Shown here: positions 1-12,129 of the stretch, piece after piece | How positions within the stretch are numbered: position 1 is the first letter of the stretch | Layout of the letters: every line of letters starts with the position of its first letter | DNA from: Negaprion brevirostris | Taxonomy: Eukaryota | Length of the DNA: 64,000 bases | Assembly: GCA_030324005.1 (NCBI GenBank) | Contig: JARDVH010000163.1 | Span: forward strand, 2,466,887 to 2,530,886 | Direction: 5' to 3' | The notes under the pieces: generated by a model | Seen by the model: the letters and a program-made list of their open reading frames with translations, nothing else | The model's database searches: none | Told to the model about the DNA's origin: nothing | Translations under genes and position numbers: made by a program

Positions 1-478
1 TGGTTCAGGCCCAAACCGTCCTGTTTGTACAGTTCCCACCTTCCCCAGAATGTGCTCCAATTATCCAAGTAAATGAAACCCACCCTCCTACACCATCCCC
101 GCAGCCACGTGTTAATCTGCACTCCCTCCCTGTTCCTCAACTCACTAGCATGTGGCACCGGCAACAAACCAGAGATGACAATACGCTTTGTCCTAGCTTT
201 CAGTTTCCAACCTAGTTCCCTAAATTCCTGTTTTAAATTCCCAACCCTCCTTCTACCGATATCGTTGGTACCAGTGTGCACCACGACCTGCGACTGATCC
301 TCCTTCCCCTTAAGGGTCTTGAAAACATTGTCCGAGACATCACGGACTCTTGCACCCAGGAGGCAACATACCATCTGTGAGTCTCTTCTGCTGCTGCAGA
401 ACCTCCTATCTGTCCCTCTAACCAACGTGTCCCCAATATCTACTGCTCTCCTGCTCTCCTCCCTTCCCTTCTGAGCCA
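1..478 (-). mobile_element. CR1-type LINE ORF1 fragment, SGNH/GDSL esterase-like domain
   Basis: Minus frame reads ...DIGDTLVRGTDRRFC...MVCCLLGARVRDV...VVVHTGTNDIG...IVISGLLPVPHAS...YKQDGLGLN without stops to the window edge, matching the SGNH blocks of CR1 ORF1. Confidence 0.85.
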
Positions 479-904
479 CTTCCTTAAATAATCTGGGATG
501 TACATTATCAGGCGCTGGGGATTTCTTGGTCTTTAATCCCATGATTCTCCGCAACACCATTTCGCTACTAGTACTGATCTGAATGCAATGCCTTAGAAAG
601 GCGAACATAATTTGCAGATTTACTAATTGTTTCAATTTCTGTGGATCTACCGATAATATTGACCTGTTTTTTCTAAAAAAAAATTGTGGAATTCATTTTA
701 ATTCCTTGAATAGTTTGGCTATTGCTTGAGTTAAAATATTTCCTTCTTGTACTGACTTACATTAAGAAGTGATCAGTAAATTGGGCCTATCACCCGAGTT
801 TCTAATTGAATGCATAGCATTATGAGATTCACCTTCATCTATTTCAAGTCAATTTAGTCAATAAAATAAGTTTCACCACATGAGTTTGTTGTGTTTGGGC
901 ATGT

Positions 905-2090
905 AGGCCAATAATTCCTTTAAAGTAGCAACACAGGTGGCTAAGGTGGTCAAGGAGCCATATGGGCTTCTTGCCTTCATCAGCCAGGGCATTGAGTACA
1001 AGAGTTGGGAAATCATGTTGNNNNNNNNNNNNNNNNNNNNNNNNNNNNNNNNNNNNNNNNNNNNNNNNNNNNNNNNNNNNNNNNNNNNNNNNNNNNNNNN
1101 NNNNNNNNNNNNNNNNNNNNTTATTGAATGGCGGGGCAGGCTCGAGGGGCTAGATGGCCTACTCCTGCTCCTATTTCTTATGTTTTTATGTTCTTATATT
1201 AAGGGAAAGGGGGTAGTCAGGGAACGAGTAGAGCCCATTAAGGGCCAAAATCTTACTCTGGTGTGGAGCTGAAAAAGTGTAAATGACGTATCAAATATAA
1301 TTTTGCCTCTGTTGTGACTATGAGGATAGACAATGTAGATACAGAGATCAGGGAGAGTGATTGAAATATGATTGAAGATATTAGAATCCAGAGGGAGGAT
1401 GTGTTACCGCTTCTAGCAGTTTAAAGTTGTGTACAGCCACTGGTGCAGATGAGATGTGCTTGGTGCCTAGATTGGAAGCAAGGCAGAAAATTGCAGGAGC
1501 TCTGGCACAATTGTCAATTCCAATCTAGCCAGAAGAGAAGTGTTAGAGAACTGGACGACAGCAAAACAGGAAATAGGGAAAAGACAGGTAATTTCAGGGC
1601 TGGGCATCCTGTGATGAGAATGCAATAAATGGACATTTGGTGGTGCGCGAGTTCATGGGATGAGTGACTATAATATCATATAATTACTCATCAAGATGGA
1701 TCGTGGCATATTCAATCCTGAGACCTGAGTCTTAAATCTTAATAAAGTAAATTTCAGTGGCATGAGGTGTGAAATGGCTATGATGGATCTAAAACATTAT
1801 TTAAAGGCAGTTGATAGGCAATGGCAAGCATTCAAGGAACACAGGTTTCAGTTTCTATGCGTCAACTGGGACAACTATACATTCCTGTCAGGCACAAAAT
1901 TTAAGCGGGAAGGATGACCAAATCATGGCTTAAAGGTAAATCCCAGTTTGTATTGGATCCAATGACGAATCTACAAATTGGCCAAAAAAAAAAGACCTGA
2001 GGATTGGGAACAATATCGAATTTAGCAAAGAAGGATAAGTGATTGATTAACAAGTGGGGAACGTACTCCAGGAATATGCTTGTGGGGAAC
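905..2090 (+). mobile_element. Degraded CR1 ORF2 fragments, including a 3' end with (TTCTTATG)n tail at ~1121-1197
   Basis: KVVKEPYGLLAFISQGIEYKSWEIML; 3' UTR GGCTCGAGGGGCTAGATGGCCTACTCCTGCTCC followed by the octamer tail. Confidence 0.75.
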
Positions 2091-2890
2091 AGAGAGCAAA
2101 ACAAAAAGAAAATTACACCACAGGAACAGACCCTTCGGCCCTCCAAGCCTGTACCAACCATACTCCCAACTTAACTAAACACTCTTCCTTTCCGGAGGTC
2201 ATATCCCTCTGTTCCCGTCCTATTCATGTATTTGTTAAGACGTCCTTTAAAGGTCACTATCGTATCTGCTTCCATTACCTTCTCAGGCAGCGAGTTCCAG
2301 GCACCCACCACCCACTGTGTAAAACAAAACTTGCCTCGTACATCTCCTTTAGACCTTACCCCTCGCACCTTAAACCTATGCCCCCTAGTAATTGATTCGT
2401 CCACCCTGAGAAAAAGCTTCTGATTATCCATTCTGTCCATGCCCCTCATAATAATTTAGACGTCGATCAGGTCGCCCTTCAAACTCCATCGTTCCAGTGA
2501 GAACAAATCAAGGTTTTCCAACCTCTCCTCATAGCGAGTGTCCTCCATACCAGGCAACGTCATGACACANNNNNNNNNNTTTTTTGTACTCTCTCCAAAG
2601 CCTCCATGTCCTTCTGGTAATGTGGCAACCAAAATTCCAAGTGCGGCCGAAGTAAGGTTTTATCAATCTGCAACATGGCTGGCCACTTTTAAAATTCAGT
2701 GCCCTGGCCGACGAAGGCAAGCATGTTATATGCCTTCTTGACTCCTTTCTCCACCTGCATTGCCACTTTCAGTGACTTGTGTACTTGTACACACAGATCC
2801 CTCTGCCTATCAATATTCTTAAAGGTTCTGTTATTTACTGTATATTTTCTATCTATATTAGACCTTCCAAAATGCATGACCTCACTTAAA
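2090..2890 (-). mobile_element. 5'-truncated CR1 LINE 3' end
   Basis: Minus ORFs HFGRSNIDRKYTVN..DLCVQVHKSLK..KKAYNMLAFVGQG and TRGHRFKVRG..FTQWVVGAWNSLP; tail at ~2090-2110. Confidence 0.85.
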
Positions 2891-3669
2891 AAACGACTGC
2901 AAAATTCTTCCCTGCTACACCCTATTTGTTGCTTTATGTTTGGACACTCTGTCCGTTCCTGTCACACTCTGGAAATCATTACCTAAATATTGCCTTGCAA
3001 CACGGTAGTATCCTGTTGTTGTGGAAGCCTACTTATCCCATCTTCAGGGCCATGCCCTATTTAGTGTTCACAGCCCTCCCTCGTTCCCTAGATATGCGGT
3101 TTGCAAGAACTTTTGTCACAGCATTGTTCAAATATAGTCCACCGCAATGACATAGCCTTCACTTTCCCTCTATTCCCCACGATGTCAATGTCCCACGAAG
3201 AGAAACTGCCTTCTCCCCTACCAGTCGTTGATACACAATTACACCCCTTGAACGAACAAAAAAGTAGACTGAATGGGTCGATTTGCAGGCTCTTAATACT
3301 GTGTCAAAGTACGATGCCAATATGGTGTGAACTGTGATGCCGATCTCGAGGCCCTGGAGTAATTTTTCAGTTGGATTTCTTGGGTAGTAATTACTGAGGC
3401 AGCTATTTTCCTGCAAGACATTTCCTAATGGTGATATTTTTCCTTCGCGAAATAGACAGGGTGTAAATATCTATAAGAATAAGCAACTCATAAAATGTAG
3501 AAAACTTAATGCATCTCGAGTAATAATAACCCGTTTTTTTTAAAGAAGTCGTAATCACGCAGACTTCGCCGGGCTTCGGCGACATAGCTGTCGTTGTTCC
3601 TGTTGGAAAATAAGTTTTTTTCCTTGAACTAGCCAATAGTTTTATCTTCTTGATTCTATAAGTTTCAAG

Positions 3670-5145
3670 ATAATTGTGGAAAAGGATAGAAGTAGTCCGC
3701 GTGAAAGTACTGAATTTGATGCTATGACAGTATTAGGCGGAAGCTAGGGAATGGAGACTGGGGGCGGTAGGTCCACATCCGATATGTGGGAGTCTTTAAA
3801 AGTTCAGTTGTTAACAATTCAGGGCAAGTATGTCCCTGTATTAATGAAGGATAATGATGGGAAGATTCAGGGACTCTGGGTGACAAGAGAGATTGTGAAC
3901 TTATTGAAAAAGAAGGAAGTATACATAAACGTGCGGAAATTGGAAACGGATAGGGCTCTTGAGAAATAGAAAAATAGCGGGAAAGAGCTTAAACAGGAAG
4001 ACAGTCGACAAAAAAGAGGCCATAATATGTCCTTAGCAGGCGGAATTAAGAAAATTCCCCAAACTCTTTATGTGTATATTATGAGGAAGAAGGTAACTAA
4101 GGAAACAATGGGTTCACTAAAGGATAGTGGGGGGAATTTGTGTTGCAGCCAGATGAGGTGGGTGAGGTCCTTAACGAGTACTTTGTATTGGCATTCACTA
4201 AGCGATGGATGGTGAGTGGAGAAAGGAGGATGTTGACATTCTAGAACACGTTGAGATCAAAAGGGTGGAGGTATTGGAAGTTTGAAAGACACTATCCCTA
4301 AATACTGAGAGAGGCGATGGAAAAAATTGCTGAGGCCTTGGCCGAAGTCTTTGTATCCTCTTTAGCTAGGGGCGAAGTTCCAGAGGATTGGAGAGCAGCT
4401 CACATTGCTCCTCTATTTAAGAAGAGCAGGACAGATCATTCTGGAAATTACAGGCCTGTGAGCCTTACATCAGTTATGGGGAAATTATTGGAGGAGATTC
4501 TTAGTGACAGGATGTACTTACATCAGGAGACAATAGGCTTATTAGCGATAGGTAGTACGGTGTTGCGAAGGGAAGGTCGTGTCTCACAAACCTGATTGAG
4601 TTCTTTGCGGAAGTGACAAGAAAAGTGGATCTGGGCAGGGCAGTGAATGTTGTATGTATGGACTTNNNNNNNNNNNNNNNNNNNNNNNNNNNNNNNNNNN
4701 NNNNNNNNNNNNNNNNNNNNNNNNNNNNNNNNNNNNNNNNNNNNNNNNNNNNNNNNNNNNNNNNNTGGACTTCTATAAAGTTCACCATGGCAGGATGATA
4801 CAGAAATTGAAATCATATGGGATCCGAGATGAGCTGGTAAAATGGATGCACAACTGGCTTCGGCATAGAAAGCAGAGAGCAGCAGTAGAAGGGTAACTTT
4901 TAAACTGGATATCAGTGACAACCAGTGTTTCCCAAGGATCAGCGCTGGGGCCTTTGTTGTTTGTAATAAATATCGATGATTTGGAGGAAAGCATAGGTGA
5001 TTTGGTGAGTAAATTTGCAGAAGATACATAAATTGGGTGAGTAGTGAATAGTGAGGAGGATTGTCAGAGGACACAACAGCATATTAGTTTGCTGGAGTCA
5101 TGGAAAAAAGATAGCAGATGAAATTAAACCTGGACAAATATGAGC
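3670..5145 (+). mobile_element. CR1 LINE ORF2 (reverse transcriptase) remnant
   Basis: VPEDWRAAHIAPLFKK..NYRPVSLTSVMGKLLE, DF..VHHGRMIQKLKSYGI, SVSQGSALGPLLFVINIDDL, KFAED; multiple frameshifts. Confidence 0.9.
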
Positions 5146-5149
5146 TGAA

Positions 5150-6210
5150 ATCAAAAAGAGAAAATGCTGGAAAATCTCAGCAGGTCCGGCAGCATCTGCA
5201 AGGAAAACAAAACTAAACTGTCGAGTCCAGATGACCCTTTGTGAAGCTAAAAAGGCATAGAAAGTGGGAGATTTTAATACTGTAAGGTGAAGGAATGAAA
5301 GATATGCCAAAGTCACCAAAACAAGGGGAAAGGCTAACAGGTGCTAATGAATTTCGCAGAGAGAATTGGAGGTGTGAGTGGTCAAATGGCAGAGAAATTG
5401 AAATCAGAGGTAAACTGTGGGAGATGAAGAAGTGAGGGGAAGGTGGAATGGTTGGAAAAGAATTAAAATAGAGAGAAAGGGGAAGTGTAGCAAAGGGAGA
5501 GGAAAGGTAAGAAGGAGGTAAATATGGGGAAAGAGTGGGGGTGAAAGAAAAAATAAAGACAATAAAGAAATAAAAGGGAGAACATAAGAACATAAGAACA
5601 TAAGAAATAGGAGCAGGAGTAGGCCATCTAGCCCTTCGAGCCTTCCCCGCCATTCAATANNNNNNNNNNNNNNNNNNNNNNNNNNNNNNNNNNNNNNNNN
5701 NNNNNNNNNNNNNNNNNNNNNNNNNNNNNNNNNNNNNNNNNNNNNNNNNNNNNNNNNNNTGAAGAAGTTCCTCCTCAACTCCGTTCTAAACCGCCCCCCT
5801 TTATCTTGAGGCTGTGCCCCCTAGTCCTACTGTCCTACTGGAGAGAACAGTTAAAATAAAATAAACACAAAGGGGTCGCGGTGGGGTAGAACTAATCATC
5901 TGAAGTTATTGAATTCGATGTTGAGACCGATAGGCTGTAACGTGCCTAGCCTGAAGATGAGATGCTGTTCCTTCAGTTTGCCTTGAGCTTCACTGGAACG
6001 TTGCAACAAGCCAAGGACAGACATATGGGCATGGGAGCAGGACCGTGTGTTAAAACAGCAAGCAAACGGAAGGTCAGGGTCCTGTGCTCAGCAAAGCGAT
6101 CACCCTGTCTACGTTATGTGAAACAGAGTTTCACTTGCACTTCTTTCAATTTGGTCAATTCCAATCGCTGCTCCCGAAGTAGTCGCCTTCATATTGGAGA
6201 AACCAAACTT
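5150..6210 (-). mobile_element. Penelope-like element 3' end (pseudo-LTR plus GIY-YIG C-terminus) with an inverted piece, interrupted by a CR1 3' end at ~5583-5835
   Basis: Minus strand ~5900-5960 encodes LIFRLGTLQPIGLNIEFNNFR*; plus strand ~6115-6210 encodes FTCTSFNLVNSNRCSRSSRLHIGETK (decayed GIY-YIG motif); terminal AAAATGCTGGAAAATCTCAGCAGG; purine-rich tract. Confidence 0.75.
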
Positions 6211-7605
6211 TACTGCACCACTTCCTGTTTTCATCAAACAATCAAATACTTGCAAAATTGTAATTTTTAAGATGCGTCATTTGAATGGTAGAAATTGCGA
6301 GTAAGTATGTTCAAATAGAAACGCACGTCTTGTTCCAATTTCAAGGCTCAACAACATCATAAGGAAGTTTCTGCAAGCTGCACTGCGCTGTAGGAGAAAC
6401 GTATTAATCAATTATTTTACATTCTATTCAGTGTTGGAATGCGCTGCTACTAAATTATTAACTGCAACATTTCCAATGCGCTGTCATTTTTTGTAATTAT
6501 AATTAACTGCCCAAGAAGGGGATTGCGATTGCAGCAAACTGTTGACATTACCATTCGAAAAAATACACATCTGATAGATGATGTAGTCGCCATCATTATT
6601 ACTGAGTTATTTAAGAGTATTCAGCACTATTACCTCACCAAGTAGCTGCGCTAGTACAGGGTTTTGGGGGTGGGAGGGCGGGGGGGTGTGAGGGGCGGTG
6701 GTGGCGGTGGAGCAGGGTGGGGTCGGCGGGGCGATGGGTGACGTCAACTGTAAGAGGATTCATCGGTTTTGCTAAGAGTCTCGCTGATGTTACATGCTGC
6801 TGTATCTCATATCTCATATCTTAGAACGCCTGTCCCCAATTGTGTATGTACCAATTTGGTGTAATGAGAGGAAGAGAGGAAATGTGTGTCTTGTTCGTAT
6901 CTTTCAAAATAGAAACCATTAAAGTGTAAAACATTCCACAGCAATGGCAAAAACATAGCAAGTTTCCATCAATTACAATAATGCTACGTACACTGTTTCC
7001 TTGAATTGACCGCAATCTTAATCGATGTACTTTCACAATTTCCGAGCCACAGCAATGTGATTGACTCTCAACTGCCCTTGGATTACTACGGATGGGAAAT
7101 AAATGCTGGTCAGTTAGCAACGCCCATGTCTCGTGAATGAAGAATAGAGTAAATCAGGGAGGATATCTGAGGTTTAAAAAAGCAGTACTCAGGACCAAAG
7201 CTTGTTTTTGGAAGACCTCTATTTCCAGCTGGGTGTAGCTGCGACCATCGCCCTTGTCAGCTGTTCTTCCCCTGGACAGGACCGCTCCTGCCGCTGATAA
7301 ATGGTTTATCCCTTTTGATTTTGTCTTATCTGAGAAACTAGTCTTAGAATTACATGTATGTGATAGCAATTGGGGCGGATGGAATCAAAGGGNNNNNNNN
7401 NNNNNNNNNNNNNNNNNNNNNNNNNNNNNNNNNNNNNNNNNNNNNNNNNNNNNNNNNNNNNNNNNNNNNNNNNNNNNNNNNNNNNNNNNNNNNNNNNNNN
7501 NNNNNNNNNNNNNNNNNNNNNNNNNNNNNNNNNNNNNNNNNNNNNNNNNNNNNNNNNNNNNNNNNNNNNNNNNNNNNNNNNNNNNNNNNNNNNNNNNNNN
7601 NNNNN

Positions 7606-8150
7606 GAACGAAAACAAAGCCTTCTGCTTTTCTTCCCTATCAAAACAACTCATCAACATAGTAACATGACACATCCTGTGACTTTCCTGATAATCTGGCA
7701 TTCCCACCAGATATTTCACCTCACTCAAATTACTTTCGATTTGATAGGACCTGCTAAATCTTGATTTAAATTGTTCAACTACCACAGCTAATAATACTAA
7801 CACTTTCTCCCCACTAACAAAACTAGGAATTTTTATTCTCATTGCTTTTTCCTAAATCACACGTTATGCCAGTAACAAATTCTGTCTATCCAACTTTCAA
7901 GCCCTAGTCAATCTTTTGCAATTGTATAACCTATTGTCCAAAAATGTAGTCTCAGAACGCTGATTCTCCAACTTCTCCTTGATCAACATAAGTGGTGGCC
8001 TTACTTCATGACCAAAAATCAATCCACATGGATGAATTTAGTTGATTTATTAGCAGCATCCCTGCTTGCAAAGTGTACAAATGAAATTTAAATTTCTGTA
8101 GGCGGTCCATGTCTGGTATATTATGCTATGCAGCTTTAATTTAGAAACCT
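7606..8150 (-). mobile_element. Gypsy/Ty3 LTR retrotransposon integrase C-terminal remnant
   Basis: Minus strand: RDAANKSTKF..LIFGHEVR..LIKEKL..SFVSGEKVLVLL..RFSRSYQIESNLSEVKYLVGMPD..HRMCHVTML (decayed GPY/F module). Confidence 0.8.
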
Positions 8151-8165
8151 TCCGAATAATCCAGT

Positions 8166-8965
8166 TGAATGAGACAAACAAGGACAGTAATTTAGTAATT
8201 TCTTTATTTATACTTCTTGTATCAACTCAAAGTTAAACATTTAACTCTAACTGAACTTCAAGTTTAACGATTTAACTGAAAATAGATACTACCGAGTTTA
8301 GGAAAACGTTGGCCAAGAGATATCCTCGATGTAGAATATATCTTCTTCTCTGTGAAGTATCCTTCAGAATACAAACTTTGTTGCGATGGTTGGTTTCTTG
8401 GAGTTATTGCTACGAAACAAATAATTCACATGTCTTTTATCCATAATTCACCACTTGCTTCTGGAAGATTCTGTGTCATTCAGCCAATGAATTGATCAGA
8501 AACTGATCACGTGGCTTGCACATCCAGTGAAGTTACTTTTGAATGATGCCATGATGCTTAATTCGTTTTACATTCCCATGCATAGTAGCCATAAAAACCA
8601 GAGCTATGGTGTCTCGATTAACGTAAACAAATTCCTTTATCTGAGAAGGTTCAGATCACAGCTCCCAGACCAGGGCCTCTTTACAACTTGAATCTGGTTT
8701 TAAAGTTGACCAAAATTCCCAGAATGCTTAGCTTTCAACCAAAATAGCCATTTTCAGTCACTATTGCCATTNNNNNNNNNNAATCATTGTTGTAGCTGTT
8801 CTTTCTCTGTCCACATCCCCTCCTCCTGATGCTCGGGTGTTTAGTGAAATGGATCACAGACCACGACCAAACTCTTTCTCAACCCAGGTCGTATCAAAAT
8901 CCAGCCAAACTATTAACATGTTACAAATGTTTATTTACAATTAACAATATTTTTGTTTCATAACA
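8166..8965 (-). mobile_element. Possible solo LTR
   Basis: Minus strand begins TGTTATG, has AATAAA near its end and ends ...CTCATTCA; no convincing TSD. Confidence 0.3.
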
Positions 8966-11299
8966 GCATTTTGATATGCAACTGTTGCATCATTTTTCCT
9001 TGCCATCTTACAAATTAAACACTAAGCACTATCTACTTTAATAATGTCCGTATCTTGATGTTTAACTTTCATTGTGTAATTCAAATTGTCTTAATTGGCC
9101 TGATTATTTGAAAATCAACAGTATTAACCGTGAACATTACCTCTCTATAGCAGCTCTAAATCATTAGTTAACGACCTCCCCTAGTGACGTGAACCAGGCA
9201 ATTATTCTTACGCCTCATTTGTCACTGCTTGATTTAACAAACTCTCTGCTAAATAAAAAAAAAATCCAAAGTTGACCGGGATACCGATGTGGTAAACGTA
9301 TTTTAGTGGAATCCAATGCAATTGGCATCAATTTATAGGGAACAATGTTACATAAAACTTGTGCACATGCTATACTCTTTTACAGCTTGATTAAACCAAT
9401 GTTCCCAAAGTACAAGTATGAAGTTGTTCAAACTATTTTCACCCAGTTTAACAACTTACAGAAGAAATTCCTTCATCATTTCATCCAATTTTTATTTATG
9501 AAAGACATGATTTACACAAATTGTTGATTTGTCCCTCTTCTAAGCATTTTAATTCCCATAACCCTACATAAATAAACACTAGGAGTAATCCTGTCATATG
9601 TTGTAATGCCATTGACACTCTCCAGAGCCCTTAATTTTTCACAGAAAATTATCTATCAATTTATTAGCATTTAGGTATATTGAATGAAACGGACTTTACA
9701 TGTGAACATGTGCGTTAACTTATATAACATTAATCAATATAAAAAACTCACAAAACAAGCAAACTTCGTAAAATTATTCCATATTCAAATGCTAACAACA
9801 TAAACTGAGAATATGTTTCAACCTATCCGCCTTTGAATCGCAAAACACATGCAGGCTCTCTTTCCATTACCCATTATTTATCCAAATTAATCTTATTTAC
9901 CCCTTTAGAATTTAGGTATCTCCCCATTTATGAGTTGCTTGTTTTATGCACTCAACTTATTAAATCAATTAAATGTCAGAAACTATAATGTTTAAAACCA
10001 ATCACTTTAATTAAAAAGGTAACAATAAAAAAAAATCGGAATGAGCCAAACTCTTCAGATGTCATTTATCACCGGGTTGTGATATGAAATCTTGAGGCCT
10101 TGAAGTTGCCAGACTTGTCATTCACGAGCCATCTATTTAAAACAAAATGCAAAAAAAACATTTGGTTTGGAGCCAAATGAGTTAATTTGGTCTTGGGCTT
10201 GAAATTTCTGTCGAGTTAAAAACAAAAATGAAAATAAAATTCACGATCCCCAATGTATATAAATTCTTATTCACCAAATTAGGAACAGAAATGGTGAAAT
10301 CTCTGAAAGTTAAGAAAATACAAGAAATAAAACACATTCAGATCTGATGATGTCATGGTTTCTTCAAGGCAAAGAAAGGAGCACATGTTCCCTGTAAATT
10401 TTAAATCCTTTATTATCACAATTTGAGTCCTAGATTGTTCAAAATTCAGATTTGTTATTTCAAACTCCAATTTATGTACTTTGATTTTAAAGTTTCAATT
10501 TCCTTTCCAAAAAAAAGTCGAAACAACTTTCTACATACATATTATATATACATATCCTATATCACCAGCACAATCATGGCCTTTGATTATGTTTGAAAGG
10601 CCAAAGAATGAAAAAAATCTATTTAATCCAATCAAATTTCCAATTATTATTTAAACGCTGTATCAAACGCATTATTTTATAATCACAATTAAGAGAAGAA
10701 CATTAAAACAAACAACAACAAAAACATGTACACAACCACTTTATTAAACACTCAGTCACACGTGGAAGCTTCCAACATTCATTCCACAACATTTCTCTTT
10801 CATTCAAACTCAACATTTTAAACTAGACGAAAATAAATCATTTAAATAAAGTAAATAAAACAAAGAAAACAGATTAAGACAATCGCCTTTATTATTCTTT
10901 CTTCGAAACTATAATGGAATTAAAATAAATTAAATTCAAGAAATCGCAAACTTAAATTTTAATACTTTTAGCACTTTCTCAGTCCTTTTGAAGTTAAACC
11001 AAATTGTAAAGCATTTCATTTACTGCCCGAAATTAGTACTTCACAAGAAAAAAACAATGGCTTTAACAAGTCCTGTTCTCAATCTAATGATTGACCCTGC
11101 TAATTTACCAATCAGTCGCTCTTTGTCAGTTGCTGTCGAAAACGTGATGAACACCGCCTTTCTACACCAGAGTTAGATTTTAGCCTTGCCTCATGTTTGA
11201 CAATACAGTTCCCTTGGCTTACCTCGCTTCAAAACATTACTTGGTAATGAACGAAGGAAGGAAGACAGGCGTTTAGCCCGGGAACAAAGCTCACGCTAA

Positions 11300-12115
11300 A
11301 GTTTGAAATATACTGTAAAGGGCAGACCCCTTAGCAATGTTAACATACGGAGGAATCTGAGCGTGCCGATCCTCTGTTCAATAAACACGGCTACACACAG
11401 GTGGCCAAGGTGGTTAAGAAGGCAAATGGCATGCTTGCTGTCACCAACCAGGGCATTGAGTAAAAGAGTTAACAAATCATCATGCGGCTACATAAAACAT
11501 GCCCCTGCCTACATCAACAGGCATGACGTGAATATGATCGAAAACTTCAAGTTTCTAGATGTCCAGATCACCAAAATCTTGCCCGGGTTCCTCCAGGAAA
11601 ACTCACCAACACCTCTATTTTCTTAGGAGGAAAAGGACATTTAGCACGTCCACTACGACTCTCACCAATTCTCTGAATGAAGAATCCCTTCCACATCTCA
11701 GCGCTGAATGCCTTACTCCTTATTCGGAGACTGTGTCCAGCACTTTTCTGCACTTTTCCACATCGGAAACATTCTTCCCGCATCTAGCCTGTCCATTTCC
11801 ACCAATATCTTATGCGTTTCTATGAGATCCCCTCTCATTCTTTCAAATTCTAGTGATTACAAGCCCAGTCGATTCAATCTGTCTTCATGTGTCAGTCCTG
11901 CCATTCCAGGAATCAGCCTGATGAATCTTCGCTGTACTCAGTCAATAGCAGTGTTGTCCTTCTTCAGACAAGGAGTCCAAAACTGCACACAATACCCAAG
12001 ATACGGCTCCCATAAACCCTGTTATAGAAAGTGTTTCTTCTAGTTGTATCACTGCTCTGCGTGGCTACTGCTCTGTCCAAGTCGACACAAAAACTACAAA
12101 GAATCGTGAACAAAG
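11300..12115. mobile_element. Nested LINE debris: CR1 (+, ~11300-11495), Rex1/Babar-like LINE (+, ~11497-11670 and ~12015-12115) split by CR1 (-, ~11670-12010)
   Basis: PAYINRHDVNMIENFKFLDVQIT..HLYFLRR resembles the Rex/Babar RT C-terminus; the inner piece is the reverse complement of CR1 YCVQFW..FIRLIPGM. Confidence 0.6.
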
Positions 12116-12129
12116 CTGCAAAACATACT

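Noticed and set aside
8970-11295. Long AT-rich unexplained stretch, considered as an endogenous virus or a gene
   Set aside because: No convincing ORF or motif found; probably the non-coding interior of an LTR element, but this could not be supported
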